Of a stretch of DNA of 64,000 bases, positions 1 to 10,061 are shown one piece after another. The notes beneath the pieces are model-generated. The model was not told the DNA's origin and did no database searches. It was given only the letters and a program-made list of their open reading frames with translations. Position numbers and translations under genes: made by a program. The DNA lies in assembly GCA_020343615.1 (NCBI GenBank), contig CP070803.1, positions 143,686 to 207,685 on the forward strand, in the 5' to 3' direction. This DNA is from Candidatus Woesearchaeota archaeon. Lineage in GTDB: Archaea; Nanobdellota; Nanobdellia; UBA10117; GCA-020343615. Each line of letters begins with the position of its first letter. Position 1 is the first letter of the stretch.

Positions 1-541
1 TGTAATGGGTTCTGGTGAAGCTTACTCTGGACTAATCCTACCTATTGAAGCTGAAGTGACTACAGGTGGTAAAAAAGAGGAATTTATTGCTACTGGTAAA
101 CTCGGAGAAATAGCTAAGGAAGCTATATCCAATGTATCTGCAATCATTAAGAAACACTTCGGTAAAGACTTAAAAGAAAAATATGATGTTTACGTTCAGT
201 TCTTACAAACATACGAGGGGCTTGAAGGAGATTCTGCATCTATTGCTGTGGCAATAGCCATTTTATCTGCCTTAATGAAAGCACCTATAAAACAAGATAT
301 CGCTATGACTGGTTCTCTTTCAATTAGAGGGGAAGTCTTACCTGTTGGAGGCGTTAATGCAAAAGTAGAGGCAGCAGTTGAGGCTGGTATGCAGAAGATA
401 ATAATACCTGCTTCTAATAGAGAAGATATCACCTTAGATAGTAAAAAAATAGAAATTATACCTGTGAAAAACGTAAAAGAAGTTATAAAATATGCTTTTT
501 CCGGTAAGGAAAAGGAGAGGATATTAAATAAATTCAAATGA
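1..541 (+). CDS. lon: Archaeal Lon protease (LonB), C-terminal S16 proteolytic domain; 5'-partial, the gene continues upstream of the window
   Basis: The translation contains [16 protein letters not shown] (catalytic Ser motif of the Lon S16 domain) and the conserved downstream PVGGV...AG segment. The ORF is open to the window edge. Confidence 0.8.
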   Translation, partial: VMGSGEAYSGLILPIEAEVTTGGKKEEFIATGKLGEIAKEAISNVSAIIKKHFGKDLKEKYDVYVQFLQTYEGLEGDSASIAVAIAILSALMKAPIKQDIAMTGSLSIRGEVLPVGGVNAKVEAAVEAGMQKIIIPASNREDITLDSKKIEIIPVKNVKEVIKYAFSGKEKERILNKFK

Positions 542-732
542 AATTAGAGATAAACTTGGATGAAGAACAAGTGAATAGGATTAAAAAATATGTAGAAGAA
601 GAAAGATTCAAAGATATTGATGATTTCCTCGAAAAGGCTGTTAAGTTGATGATGTATGCTGAAGACAAGAAGGAAGAATTTGGGTTAATTCTTCCTAAAA
701 AGCCTGGGGAAGATCAAGAAAAAGAAGATTAA
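538..732 (+). CDS. Small acidic hypothetical protein (64 aa), possibly ribbon-helix-helix-like
   Basis: Its start (ATGA) overlaps the lon stop. The N-terminus has an amphipathic beta-alpha-alpha pattern. No catalytic motif recognised. Confidence 0.35.
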   Translation: MKLEINLDEEQVNRIKKYVEEERFKDIDDFLEKAVKLMMYAEDKKEEFGLILPKKPGEDQEKED

Positions 733-750
733 AATTAAATAATTCTTTTT

Positions 751-1359
751 TTATTCTTTTATAACTGGACAAACATAATTCATAAAGCATAAAGCGATTA
801 AAGCAGTTCCGTATCTCTTTTTCGGCACGAAACTCTTTGTTATTAACTTTATATCTCCTAGATTATATTTATCCATAAACCCACTAACGTACAACTCTTG
901 CAAACTTTCTCTTAAGGAGGCTACTGCTTTTGTTTCTGTATAGTTTCCATTGTATTCACATACAATCCCTCCATATTTTTGATTTGTTTCTTTGTCATAC
1001 AGCCATCCAAAGATAATGCCTGCTGTTGCTCTTTTTCCTTTTTTTGCAGTTGAACAAGCTATTATTGTCTCAACTACAGAACCATGAACTAGCTCTTCAG
1101 GGTTTGGTTTTTCTACTTCTTGTGAAATTGCCGGTAATATTGAAGAATATGTAATTATATTGCATCTTTCTATACCTGCATCCTTTAAGGCAAGATGATA
1201 AGAACCAGCATGAACTGTTATGTTTGATTCACCAACTCCAGAAGTTATAAAGAAATCTTTTGGCACTCTATTGCCAATTAATACGGATTTATTTTGAAAT
1301 CCTATACTAAGGGCAATGGTACGTACCCTTTGTTTTTTTGGTATGAACGTGAAGGTCAT
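751..1359 (-). CDS. pdaD: Pyruvoyl-dependent arginine decarboxylase (PdaD)
   Basis: FITSGVGES...HAGSYHLALKDAGIERCNIITYSSILP matches the PdaD proenzyme family, including the Ser-Ser self-cleavage region. I trimmed the start to the internal Met (MTFTFIPKK) because the longer ORF overlaps the serS start. Confidence 0.75.
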   Translation of the reverse strand: MTFTFIPKKQRVRTIALSIGFQNKSVLIGNRVPKDFFITSGVGESNITVHAGSYHLALKDAGIERCNIITYSSILPAISQEVEKPNPEELVHGSVVETIIACSTAKKGKRATAGIIFGWLYDKETNQKYGGIVCEYNGNYTETKAVASLRESLQELYVSGFMDKYNLGDIKLITKSFVPKKRYGTALIALCFMNYVCPVIKE

Positions 1360-1462
1360 TCTTTCCGGTTTTACTCTCACCTCGCGAAATGCGAAAATTC
1401 TATAAAGGGTAATTTCATTGTTTATAAAGTTTTTTATAGCGGTAATTAATTCAATATATATT

Positions 1463-2707
1463 ATGTTAGCGATTGAATTATTCAGAGAAAACCCCAAACT
1501 AATAAAAGACTCTGAGAAGAAGAGATTTAAGGATCCTAAAGTAGTTGACCAAGTTATCGAATATGACAATAGATGGAGGACTGTTCTAAAGAAAGTTCAA
1601 GAACTTCAACACAAAAGAAATATTGTTTCTCAAGAAATTTCTGATTTAAAGAAGAAAAAGAAGCCTGCTAAAAGTAAAATACTTGAGATGAAAAAAGTCA
1701 GCAACGAGATAGCTAACTTAAATTCTAAAGCTGTAAAATTATTGAAAAAAAGAGATGAATTTCGATACAGGATAGGTAATATTCTGGATAAATCTGTTCC
1801 TGTTGGAAGAACTGATGATAAGAATAAGGTAATCAGAAAATGGGGCAAGATAAGTAAAAAGAAGGTAGGTCATGCTGATTTAATTAAAAGTTTAGCTAAT
1901 ATTGAAAAAGCGGCTGATGTTGCAGGAGCCAGATTTTATTATTTAGAAGGTAAGGGTGCTGTTCTGAATTTGGCATTAATTAATTATGCTTTTGATTATT
2001 TTGTAAAAAAGGGTTTTACACCAGTATGGCCACCATATGTGTTAAAAGAAAAAGCAATGGCTGGGGTTGCTGAATTAGCTGACTTTAAAGAGCAATTGTA
2101 TAAGTTAGAAGGAGAAGATTTGTACTTAATAGCAACTGCTGAACAACCTTTAATTGTTCTACATATGAATGAAGTTATAGGAAAAGTACCTAAAATCTAT
2201 GTCGGCTTTTCAACTAATTTCAGAAGAGAAGCTGGAGCTCATGGTAAAGACACTAAGGGAATTTTCAGAACTCATAGTTTTGATAAGGTAGAACAAATAG
2301 TAATTTGTGATCCTAAAGATTCTTGGAAGTGGCTTGAAAAAATGATTAAATATGCTGAAGAACTAATGAAGGGGCTGGAAATTCCATATAAAGTTACTAC
2401 TGTAGCTTCCGGGGAAATGAATGATAATGGTGCAAAAAAGTATGATATAGAAGCTTGGTTTCCTTCTCAGGGAAAGTATCGTGAGTTGATTTCAGGAACT
2501 AATTGTACGGATTATCAAGCTAGAAAGTTGAATATTAAATTTGGTAAAGTTGGCGGTGAGAAGCACTATGTTCATACCTTAAACTGTACGGGATTGGCTA
2601 CTGGGAGGACAATTTCTGCGCTAATAGAAAATCACCAACAAAAAGATGGTTCAATAAAAATACCTAAGAAATTACAGAAGTATACTGGTTTTAAGGAAAT
2701 AAAATGA
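1463..2707 (+). CDS. serS: Seryl-tRNA synthetase
   Basis: N-terminal coiled-coil (MLAIELFRENPKLIKD...) followed by class II motifs (FRRE..G..GIFRTHSFDKVE; GTNCTDYQARKL; GLATGRTISALIEN). Start taken at the Met that matches the usual SerS N-terminus. Confidence 0.9.
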   Translation: MLAIELFRENPKLIKDSEKKRFKDPKVVDQVIEYDNRWRTVLKKVQELQHKRNIVSQEISDLKKKKKPAKSKILEMKKVSNEIANLNSKAVKLLKKRDEFRYRIGNILDKSVPVGRTDDKNKVIRKWGKISKKKVGHADLIKSLANIEKAADVAGARFYYLEGKGAVLNLALINYAFDYFVKKGFTPVWPPYVLKEKAMAGVAELADFKEQLYKLEGEDLYLIATAEQPLIVLHMNEVIGKVPKIYVGFSTNFRREAGAHGKDTKGIFRTHSFDKVEQIVICDPKDSWKWLEKMIKYAEELMKGLEIPYKVTTVASGEMNDNGAKKYDIEAWFPSQGKYRELISGTNCTDYQARKLNIKFGKVGGEKHYVHTLNCTGLATGRTISALIENHQQKDGSIKIPKKLQKYTGFKEIK

Positions 2708-3306
2708 AGATATTATTTTTTGCTGATATTCATAATGATGAGTCTGCTGTTGATAATATAATTAATAGGGTAAAAAAAGAAAAGATTGATTTTTTAGTTT
2801 GTGCTGGTGATCTTTCTGAATTTGGTGTTGGTTTGAAAAAATTGGCAAAAAAATTAAGCGCTGTAGTTCCTCTTTATATAATCCCTGGGAATCATGAAGA
2901 TGAAGAAGAGATTGAAGAATTAGATTCTAAATTTAAAGACGTCTACAACATCCACCTTAAAGCTATAAAGATAAAAGACGTATTATTGCTTGGATGTGGA
3001 GGTGGTGGTTTCTCCCATAAGCTCGTTCCTTTTGAAGAGTCTAAGAAGCACTTTAAAGATGAGTTAAAGAAGTTTAAGGACCCTAAAAAAGCAGTATTAG
3101 TCACTCACGCTCCTCCTTATAAAACTAAAGTAGATATGGTATTTGGTGAACATACTGGAGTTATGTCAATAAGAAAATTCATAGAAAAAGAACAATTAGG
3201 GTTAGTGGTTTGTGGTCATTTACATGAGAACTCTGGAAAGGTAGATTACATTGGAAAAACAAAAATAGTGAATCCTGGTAAAAAAGGATTCATTTTTAAA
3301 GCCTAA
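2704..3306 (+). CDS. Calcineurin-like metallophosphoesterase
   Basis: DIHND...GDLSEFG...GNHED...GHLHE metal-binding motif series. Start overlaps the serS stop. Confidence 0.75.
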   Translation: MKILFFADIHNDESAVDNIINRVKKEKIDFLVCAGDLSEFGVGLKKLAKKLSAVVPLYIIPGNHEDEEEIEELDSKFKDVYNIHLKAIKIKDVLLLGCGGGGFSHKLVPFEESKKHFKDELKKFKDPKKAVLVTHAPPYKTKVDMVFGEHTGVMSIRKFIEKEQLGLVVCGHLHENSGKVDYIGKTKIVNPGKKGFIFKA

Positions 3307-3326
3307 AATAAAGTAATTTTCTGAAA

Positions 3327-3929
3327 ATGAAAATCTTAGCAGCTGGAGACATCCATGGGGATCAAAGGCAGTCAAATAGACTCGCTAAGAAAGCTGAGAA
3401 AGAAGGAGTAGACTTAGTTATACTTTCAGGAGATTTAACAATGGCTGAATCTTCTGTGGATGGATTAATAGGACCATTTAGAAAAGTTGGTAAAAGAGTT
3501 GTTCTGATTCCTGGGAATCATGAAACTATCGCCACTGCTGATTTTCTTGCTAATTTGTATGGTATGAAGAACCTGCATGGCTATTCTATGGAAATTGGAG
3601 ATTTGGGGATATTTGGATGCGGTTCTGCTAATATTGGACTCTTTCAACTATCTGAAAAAGAGATTTATGATTTATTAAAGAAAGGGTTTGATGAAGTTAA
3701 AAATAGAAGTAAAAAGATAATGGTGACTCATGTTCATCCAGATAGAACCTTAATGGAAAAGTTAACTAATATTTTTCCAGGGTCTTCTGCAGTAAGTAGG
3801 GCTATAAAGAAATTCGAGCCAGATATAGCAATTTGTTCACATGTACATGAAGCTGAAGGTATAGAAGAACAAATAGGAAAAACTAAATTAATTAACGTAG
3901 GGAAAGAAGGTAAAATTATTGAGATCTAA
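3327..3929 (+). CDS. Calcineurin-like metallophosphoesterase (tandem paralog of the previous gene)
   Basis: GDIHGD...GDLT...GNHET...HVHP...SHVHE motifs, the same architecture as the preceding ORF. Confidence 0.75.
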   Translation: MKILAAGDIHGDQRQSNRLAKKAEKEGVDLVILSGDLTMAESSVDGLIGPFRKVGKRVVLIPGNHETIATADFLANLYGMKNLHGYSMEIGDLGIFGCGSANIGLFQLSEKEIYDLLKKGFDEVKNRSKKIMVTHVHPDRTLMEKLTNIFPGSSAVSRAIKKFEPDIAICSHVHEAEGIEEQIGKTKLINVGKEGKIIEI

Positions 3930-4261
3930 ACGGCTCTGGCGTAGACTAGATCTACAGGTGTTCCTGGATTTACTAATATTCCCTTAAGGCCATTACTCTG
4001 CACGACTCCTTCTTCTACGTCTGTTGAAGGTACGTTAAGAATAACGAGCCAATCGGGCTTTTTGACCCCAATTTTTTTGAAGAAGTTTTCAATTCTATGA
4101 CCTCCCTGAAGCAATTTTTTCTCTAATCCAATATTACTCTGGAATGTAGGGACTTTAGAATTAGGATCTCTAGGATCTAGTAACTTATACGTACGTTTAA
4201 GATACTTATATTCATTTGTACTCATGGCCCTTCCTAATCTATAAGTTTGACTAGTGTTCAT
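3926..4261 (-). CDS. Hypothetical protein (111 aa)
   Basis: Clean ORF with an AT-rich promoter-like region upstream and a 4-nt overlap with the neighbouring gene. No family recognised from the sequence. Confidence 0.4.
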   Translation of the reverse strand: MNTSQTYRLGRAMSTNEYKYLKRTYKLLDPRDPNSKVPTFQSNIGLEKKLLQGGHRIENFFKKIGVKKPDWLVILNVPSTDVEEGVVQSNGLKGILVNPGTPVDLVYARAV

Positions 4262-4362
4262 TTTACCCTCTGTATTAACTATATAGTAGTTATATACTCT
4301 TATATAAAGATTTCGTTTTATAATAGTAAAAGTTTTTATTATAGGTTTAAATTTGTAAAACC

Positions 4363-6408
4363 ATGACTCAATTAATCATAGCGGAAAAACCGGCAGCAGC
4401 AAGTAGAATTGCGCAGGCCTTAGCAGAGAATAAAGTAGTAGCTAAAAAGAAATATCAAGTTACTTATTACAGTCTCAGAAACAAAGGTAAAGACATTATC
4501 GTTGCTCCTGCTGTAGGTCATTTATTTTCTCTAGCTCAAAAATCAGGTAGTCAAGGATACCCTGTTCTTGATCCTGAATGGAGGGCATCTTATGAAACAA
4601 ATAAATCTTCAGCTTTTACAAAGGCATATGTTAATTTACTGAAATTCCTCGCTAAAAGTGCTGATGAAGTCATTGTAGCTACTGATTACGATAGAGAAGG
4701 GAGCGTAATCGGTTATAATTGTGTAAGATTTCTTACTGGAAAAAAGGATGCTAAGAGAATGAAATTCTCTACACTTACTTACACTGATTTAAAATACGCT
4801 TATGATAATATGACGAATACGCTGGATTGGGGTCAGGTAAACTCAGGGATTGCAAGACACTACTTAGACTTTTTCTGGGGAATATCTCTATCTAAAGCGG
4901 CTATGTCTGCTGTTTCTCAAGCATCTCAGAAATTCATAAAACTAAGTATCGGAAGAGTTCAAGGCCCAGCTTTACATATTTTGACAGATAGGGAACTTGA
5001 AATAGAAAAATTCGTTCCTAAAGACTATTGGGAAATTTTAGCTTTAGTTAATTTAAAGGGTAAAGAATTTGAAGCTCTTCACAAGCAGGATAAATTCTGG
5101 GATGAAGCTAAAGCTAATGAGATTTATAAAAAAGTAAAAGACAAGGATGCTAAAGTATCTGCTTTGCAAATAGACATTAAACACTTATCTCCTCCTGTTC
5201 CTTTTGATTTAACTTCTTTACAAGTTGAAGCTTATGGAAAATTGAAGATAACTCCAAAACAGACATTAATGATCTCTCAAAGCCTATATACCAAGGCTCT
5301 AATTTCATATCCGAGAACTTCTTCTCAGAAACTACCTGCGAAATTAGGATTCAAAAAAATACTACAAAAATTATCTAAGAATCCTAGTTATTCAAAAATT
5401 GCATCTGAGGTTCTAAAAACAAGTTTAAAGCCTAATGAAGGTAAAAAAGACGACCCTGCTCATCCTGCAATATACCCTACAGGTGAACTTGCTAAGGGTC
5501 TAAAGCCTAAAGAAAGGAAACTATATGATCTAATCGTAAAAAGATTCTTTGCGGTATTTGGAGAAAAAGCTGAAGCTGAATTAACACATGTTGAGTTTGA
5601 TATAGAAAAGGAGATATTCGTACTTCACGGTCAACATATCATAAAAAAAGGTTGGATAGAGTGGTATTCTCCTTACTACATGGGTAAAGAAGTGGAGATA
5701 CCTAAATTGAAAACTGGAGAAATATATCATCAAAAAACAAGTATTATCAAGAAACAGACAAAGCCTCCTGCGAGATATACTGCTGCTTCTATAATTAAAG
5801 AACTAGAAAAAGAGGGTTTGGGAACTAAAGCTACTAGAGCAACAATTATAGACACTCTTTATTCTAGAGGGTATATTTCCGGAACTAGTATTAAAGTCAG
5901 TACATTGGGAAAAGAAATGGTATCTGTCTTTTCAAAGTATGCTCCTGAAATTCTAAGTAGAGCACTAACAAGCGAATTTGAGCAAGAGATGAAAGAAATA
6001 AGGACAGGTAAAGTAAAAAAGGAAGATATAATTGAAAGAGCTAAAAAACTTCTAATTAAAATCTGTAAAGATTTTGATAAGCATAAAGAGAAAATCGGTA
6101 AGGAGATAAGTGAAGCTGCTATTGAAACTCAGAAAGAAGAGAGTACTTTGATGAGATGTCCAAAATGTAACAAAGGTAATCTTAGAATGATATTCTCCAA
6201 GAAAACTAGAAAGAGATTCTTAGCATGTGATAAGTACCCTGACTGTAAAACAACTTGGCCTTTACCTCAGAGAGGTTTGATAAAGGTAACTACGCAGAAA
6301 TGCCCTGATTGTAACACTCCTAAAATTGGGATATATAGCAGAGGAAGAAGACCTTGGATAATTTGCCCAAATCCTGACTGTCCTTCTAAGAAATCTAAGA
6401 AAAATTAA
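4363..6408 (+). CDS. topA: DNA topoisomerase, type IA (TopA/Topo III-like) with C-terminal zinc ribbons
   Basis: N-terminal Toprim segment (LIIAEKP...VATDYDREGS), the catalytic Tyr region (LISYPRTSSQKLP), and C-terminal CPKCN...CDKYPDC...CPDCN...CPNPDC zinc-ribbon repeats. Confidence 0.9.
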   Translation: MTQLIIAEKPAAASRIAQALAENKVVAKKKYQVTYYSLRNKGKDIIVAPAVGHLFSLAQKSGSQGYPVLDPEWRASYETNKSSAFTKAYVNLLKFLAKSADEVIVATDYDREGSVIGYNCVRFLTGKKDAKRMKFSTLTYTDLKYAYDNMTNTLDWGQVNSGIARHYLDFFWGISLSKAAMSAVSQASQKFIKLSIGRVQGPALHILTDRELEIEKFVPKDYWEILALVNLKGKEFEALHKQDKFWDEAKANEIYKKVKDKDAKVSALQIDIKHLSPPVPFDLTSLQVEAYGKLKITPKQTLMISQSLYTKALISYPRTSSQKLPAKLGFKKILQKLSKNPSYSKIASEVLKTSLKPNEGKKDDPAHPAIYPTGELAKGLKPKERKLYDLIVKRFFAVFGEKAEAELTHVEFDIEKEIFVLHGQHIIKKGWIEWYSPYYMGKEVEIPKLKTGEIYHQKTSIIKKQTKPPARYTAASIIKELEKEGLGTKATRATIIDTLYSRGYISGTSIKVSTLGKEMVSVFSKYAPEILSRALTSEFEQEMKEIRTGKVKKEDIIERAKKLLIKICKDFDKHKEKIGKEISEAAIETQKEESTLMRCPKCNKGNLRMIFSKKTRKRFLACDKYPDCKTTWPLPQRGLIKVTTQKCPDCNTPKIGIYSRGRRPWIICPNPDCPSKKSKKN

Positions 6409-7004
6409 ATCAATTTTTTAATCTCTTTTACAGCAGGGATTTTATTAATTATATCATGTGCTAAACCATGATCTAAAGGTTTTGATAATAATGTTTCTTT
6501 AAGTTCTTCGTATTCTTCTCTACTAACCCAATTAATTCTGTCTGCATTTGACAGTTTTTGTGTACTACCTTGTATATCTGCTCTTAAATGATAATCAAAA
6601 CAAACAGCATAGCAATGTTTTTTATCCGTATTATTATCTGTGTTGAATGACTCTACTTCCTTTTCGATTATTTCTTGGAGAGAACCTTTTTTTTCTTTTC
6701 TCCCAGTTCTTAAATCAACAACTATCAAATCGAATTTATCTGATTCGGATAATTTTTCTCTAAAGGTATCTCTATCAAAATTGTTGGATTTTGAACTTAG
6801 TTCTAGCACATTTGTTATTTGATCCTTATAGGGCCAACCCTCTTTTTCCCAATAGTGTTGCATAATCTCGCAAATAATGGGACCATCTAAAAAAGGATAA
6901 ACCATCACAGTATCTTTAAGATTACAATTATTAAAATAGAATATTTTCTTCCCTAAACTTCTTATTGCATATACATATCTGTGAGATGACTCTATAGGTA
7001 CCAT
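6405..7004 (-). CDS. Hypothetical protein (199 aa)
   Basis: Clean ORF that overlaps the topA stop by 4 nt. No confidently recognisable motif; a Nudix box was tested and does not fit. Confidence 0.4.
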   Translation of the reverse strand: MVPIESSHRYVYAIRSLGKKIFYFNNCNLKDTVMVYPFLDGPIICEIMQHYWEKEGWPYKDQITNVLELSSKSNNFDRDTFREKLSESDKFDLIVVDLRTGRKEKKGSLQEIIEKEVESFNTDNNTDKKHCYAVCFDYHLRADIQGSTQKLSNADRINWVSREEYEELKETLLSKPLDHGLAHDIINKIPAVKEIKKLI

Positions 7005-7121
7005 CGTTTACAATCACTACTCACTGAAAAATATATAAAATTTCTGCTTAGAAGAGAATAGCTGGGGTGAAGAACTTAACTACAATCATTTTTATTCAAC
7101 AGCTCTAATTAATTCTTAGAG

Positions 7122-8264
7122 GTGGTACTTATGAGTTCAAACAATGCTAGCTTTAGCATCTTAAAAGAAACTGAACCTAAAAATGAATTATTCTTGGAGG
7201 CTGCGGAGAAACATCTAACAAAACTAGAAACAATTAAAGAAAATTTAGGAGGAGTTGGTGAAGGATTCGTACAACATTGGATGGATAATTTTAGTGAAGT
7301 AGGCTCTCCTTTGGTTATAAACTTGGATCACAATGCATCTGACGAAAACAACCTTGAAGAATATATTTCAAAATCTGAAGAAGTTACAGAACAATTAGAA
7401 GATATAGTAAGAAAAACTGCAGGTCATACTGCTGCTTATAAGATGAACAGTCAGTCTATGCTTACTTTCTTAGTAGCAAGAAAACCTAGATTTGTTCCAG
7501 AGGCTAAAAAAATATATCGTGATGAATGTGAGGATAAATTCGGTATTGCGATAGATCCTGTTTTCTGGATTGATGAAAAAATAAGAGACATTCCTTCAAC
7601 TAGTTATCAAGTAGGAAGATCAATATATCTTCTAGATTTCGATGCAATACATTGTATGCCTCAAATAGGTCCAGATGTTGCTGGAGCCCTACAAATAGCT
7701 GCGAGTGAATTGGGAAACAAAGGAGTTGTTCATGTTATTAATATGACGCATGAAGGTTACAAGTACGTAAAAAAGAATTACTTTAAGGATGAAAATGAAA
7801 CTGTTGAGCTGCTAAGAAAGAATGCATTAGGAAACTTAGAGTTTGAAGTAGATATAGGTAAAAAAAGAGAAAAAGTTAATCTAAGAACGACCGGATCAAT
7901 AGAACCGGCGAACAGGCCTTATGAAATTTTTAAGTCAATGGAAACTTATGGAGACAATGTTATGATTATCTCAATAGGTATAGGTCCGCAAGGGGCATTG
8001 CCTGGTTGTGCTTTATATGGAGGTGCTACGTGTGAGGGTATCGGAAGATTCATGTATTTAACTAAAGGAGAATTTGATCTTAAAAACATAAAAAGTAAAT
8101 CGAGGGCCTGCAAAAGAAGCCAGCTTTTAGCTCTTGATGCAAAGTATAACTCTAAACCTTATCCGTTAGATAATATACTTAGCGAGTTAAAAGATTTTAA
8201 TCCTAAATTAAAAGAAGAAACAAAATTGGGCTTATATAGAGTATATAGTGCAATGATTAAGTAG
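7122..8264 (+). CDS. Divergent OMP-decarboxylase-family-like protein (hypothetical), 380 aa
   Basis: Contains GIAIDP and a C-terminal IGIGPQGALPG segment resembling the GIDP and PG(I/V)GxQGG motifs of type-2 OMP decarboxylases. The canonical DxKxxDI catalytic motif is not conserved (DFDAIH). Sits next to the pyrimidine gene cluster. Confidence 0.45.
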   Translation: MVLMSSNNASFSILKETEPKNELFLEAAEKHLTKLETIKENLGGVGEGFVQHWMDNFSEVGSPLVINLDHNASDENNLEEYISKSEEVTEQLEDIVRKTAGHTAAYKMNSQSMLTFLVARKPRFVPEAKKIYRDECEDKFGIAIDPVFWIDEKIRDIPSTSYQVGRSIYLLDFDAIHCMPQIGPDVAGALQIAASELGNKGVVHVINMTHEGYKYVKKNYFKDENETVELLRKNALGNLEFEVDIGKKREKVNLRTTGSIEPANRPYEIFKSMETYGDNVMIISIGIGPQGALPGCALYGGATCEGIGRFMYLTKGEFDLKNIKSKSRACKRSQLLALDAKYNSKPYPLDNILSELKDFNPKLKEETKLGLYRVYSAMIK

Positions 8265-8266
8265 GT

Positions 8267-8285
8267 GTGGTGTATCCTCCACCAC
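8267..8285 (+). terminator. Stem-loop (GTGGTG-N7-CACCAC) immediately after the 7122..8264 stop; possible terminator
   Basis: A perfect 6-bp inverted repeat seen directly in the sequence. No long T tract follows, so this is a weak call. Confidence 0.25.
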
Positions 8286-8319
8286 AAGCTTTATATGCCT
8301 TTTCTTTTACTCCCTTTTT

Positions 8320-9039
8320 ATGGAAACACTCTTTTTAGAAGACCTAGGCATAACTAGCAAAGAATCAGCGATATACTTAGTACTATTAAAGTCTGGAAAA
8401 TCATTAGCAGGTGCTATCTCCCAGAAATCAGGAATTCATAGAAGAACTGTCTATGACGCTTTAGAAAGACTAATTGAAAAGGGCTTAGTTACATATATTA
8501 TTGAAGACAATAAGAAATACTTTCTTCCTACAGATCCTAATCGCCTAGTTAATTTTCTAAAGGAAAAAGAGCAGAACATCCAGTCAATCTTACCTACACT
8601 TTCTGCATTGTATGCTAGTAAAGAAGAAAAGGAAAAGGCTGAAGTTTACAGAGGTAAAGCAGCAATGATGTCGTTGCTTGACCAGCATATTCAGGATAAA
8701 AAAACAATACATATACTAGCTAGCATGAGCGGTGCTACCAATGTCTTAAAATATTATTGGCCGGGTTACTCTAAAGCTAAAGCAAAGGCTGGAGTTGTTA
8801 CAAAAGTAATATATGTAGACAAAATGCGAAGTAAGATCCCAAATGTGAATAAACTAACAAAGGTTAGATACCTGCCCAAAGGTTATGACTCTGATTTAAC
8901 CATAGTCACTTGGGGAAATAAAGTAGCTCTTCAATTATGGCACCCTGACAATCCTCTTGCCGTATTAATAAGAAGTGAAAGAGCAGCAAAAGGCTTTATG
9001 TTTTTATTTAATTTAATGTGGGGAATAGCTAAAGAGTAA
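8320..9039 (+). CDS. TrmB-family transcriptional regulator
   Basis: N-terminal winged HTH (LGITSKESAIYLVLLKSGKSLAGAISQKSGIHRRTVYDALERLIEKGLV) and a C-terminal domain of typical TrmB length. Confidence 0.7.
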   Translation: METLFLEDLGITSKESAIYLVLLKSGKSLAGAISQKSGIHRRTVYDALERLIEKGLVTYIIEDNKKYFLPTDPNRLVNFLKEKEQNIQSILPTLSALYASKEEKEKAEVYRGKAAMMSLLDQHIQDKKTIHILASMSGATNVLKYYWPGYSKAKAKAGVVTKVIYVDKMRSKIPNVNKLTKVRYLPKGYDSDLTIVTWGNKVALQLWHPDNPLAVLIRSERAAKGFMFLFNLMWGIAKE

Positions 9040-9141
9040 TCACTGAATTGTAGTTATTCTTAGTATTTAATGGATTTGTATACTGGTTTTTATAAATCCT
9101 TATATAGTGTGGTAAAGAAGTTTACCCCAAGGTGATATAAA

Positions 9142-10053
9142 ATGAGTTGGAATGATGATTTAGAGAAAGCTACAGAAGAATTCAAGAGTATTGTTTGTAT
9201 GGGTATTGACCCTGATCAAGAAAAAATAGAAAAATCGATGGGTTTAGAAAAAGGAAAATTAAACCCTAAAATTCACTTAGTTGAATTTTATGAAGATATC
9301 CTTGATGAGATGGAAAAAGAGGCAACTATGCCTGCTGCTGCTAAAACAAATTATGCTTTTTTTGCAAGATTTGGTCGTGATGGACTCCATGCTTTAGGAG
9401 AATTAAGTGATATTATTAACGGTAAGAAAATACCGTGGATCCTAGATGGAAAAAGAGGGGATATAAAAAATACAGGTATAGCATATGCAGAAGAAATGTT
9501 TAAAGTCTGGGGTGCGGGTGCTATCACTGTGAATCCTTATATGGGCACAGATAACGTTGAACCTTTTACTAAATGGGTTAATGAAGAGGATAAAGAAGAT
9601 AAAGGTGGTAGAGGTGTATATGTTCTTGTCAGAACTTCTAATCCTGGAGCTAAAGATTTCCAAGACCTTGTATTAAAAGATGGTAGAAAAGTTTATGAAG
9701 TAGTTCTAGAAAAAACGCTTGAATGGGGTAATAGCGTTCCTAATGATGTTGGTGGTGTTGTTGGAGCTACATCTGTACCTGAGCTTTACGATATAATGCA
9801 AAAGGTAGGTGAATACAATCCGAATATTCCTATATTAATACCTGGAGTTGGTAAGCAAGGTGGAACTGGTTATGAAGTAGCTAATGGAATAGTCAAATAT
9901 AAGTTAAACGCAAAGAAGCAAAGAGTTAACTCATCTAGAGCACTTAACTACGCTAAATTAGAGGATCCTGAGGCTAAAACATCTGGAGAAGCTTCTGTTA
10001 AAAATCTTAAAAAACTTAATACTGATATTGCAAAAGGTGGAGTGAAATTATAA
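9142..10053 (+). CDS. pyrF: Orotidine 5'-phosphate decarboxylase (type 2)
   Basis: GIDPD...ILDGKRGDIKNT (the DxKxxDIxNT catalytic motif)...IPGVGKQGG. Confidence 0.8.
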   Translation: MSWNDDLEKATEEFKSIVCMGIDPDQEKIEKSMGLEKGKLNPKIHLVEFYEDILDEMEKEATMPAAAKTNYAFFARFGRDGLHALGELSDIINGKKIPWILDGKRGDIKNTGIAYAEEMFKVWGAGAITVNPYMGTDNVEPFTKWVNEEDKEDKGGRGVYVLVRTSNPGAKDFQDLVLKDGRKVYEVVLEKTLEWGNSVPNDVGGVVGATSVPELYDIMQKVGEYNPNIPILIPGVGKQGGTGYEVANGIVKYKLNAKKQRVNSSRALNYAKLEDPEAKTSGEASVKNLKKLNTDIAKGGVKL

Positions 10054-10061
10054 TATAAAAG

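Noticed and set aside
196-537. 113-aa minus-strand ORF inside the lon gene
   Set aside because: It is antisense to a strongly supported coding region, has a low-complexity hydrophobic translation and no start context. A typical shadow ORF.
1418-1462. Longer N-terminal extension of serS (ORF listed from 1418) and the 272-aa version of pdaD (to 1569)
   Set aside because: The two extended ORFs overlap each other on opposite strands. The internal Met starts (serS 1463, pdaD 1359) match known N-termini of these families and remove the overlap.
6405-7004. Possible Nudix hydrolase assignment for the 199-aa protein
   Set aside because: The GRKEKKGSLQEIIEKEVESF segment superficially resembles a Nudix box, but it fails the Gx5Ex7REUxEExGU spacing when aligned carefully, so I left it as hypothetical.
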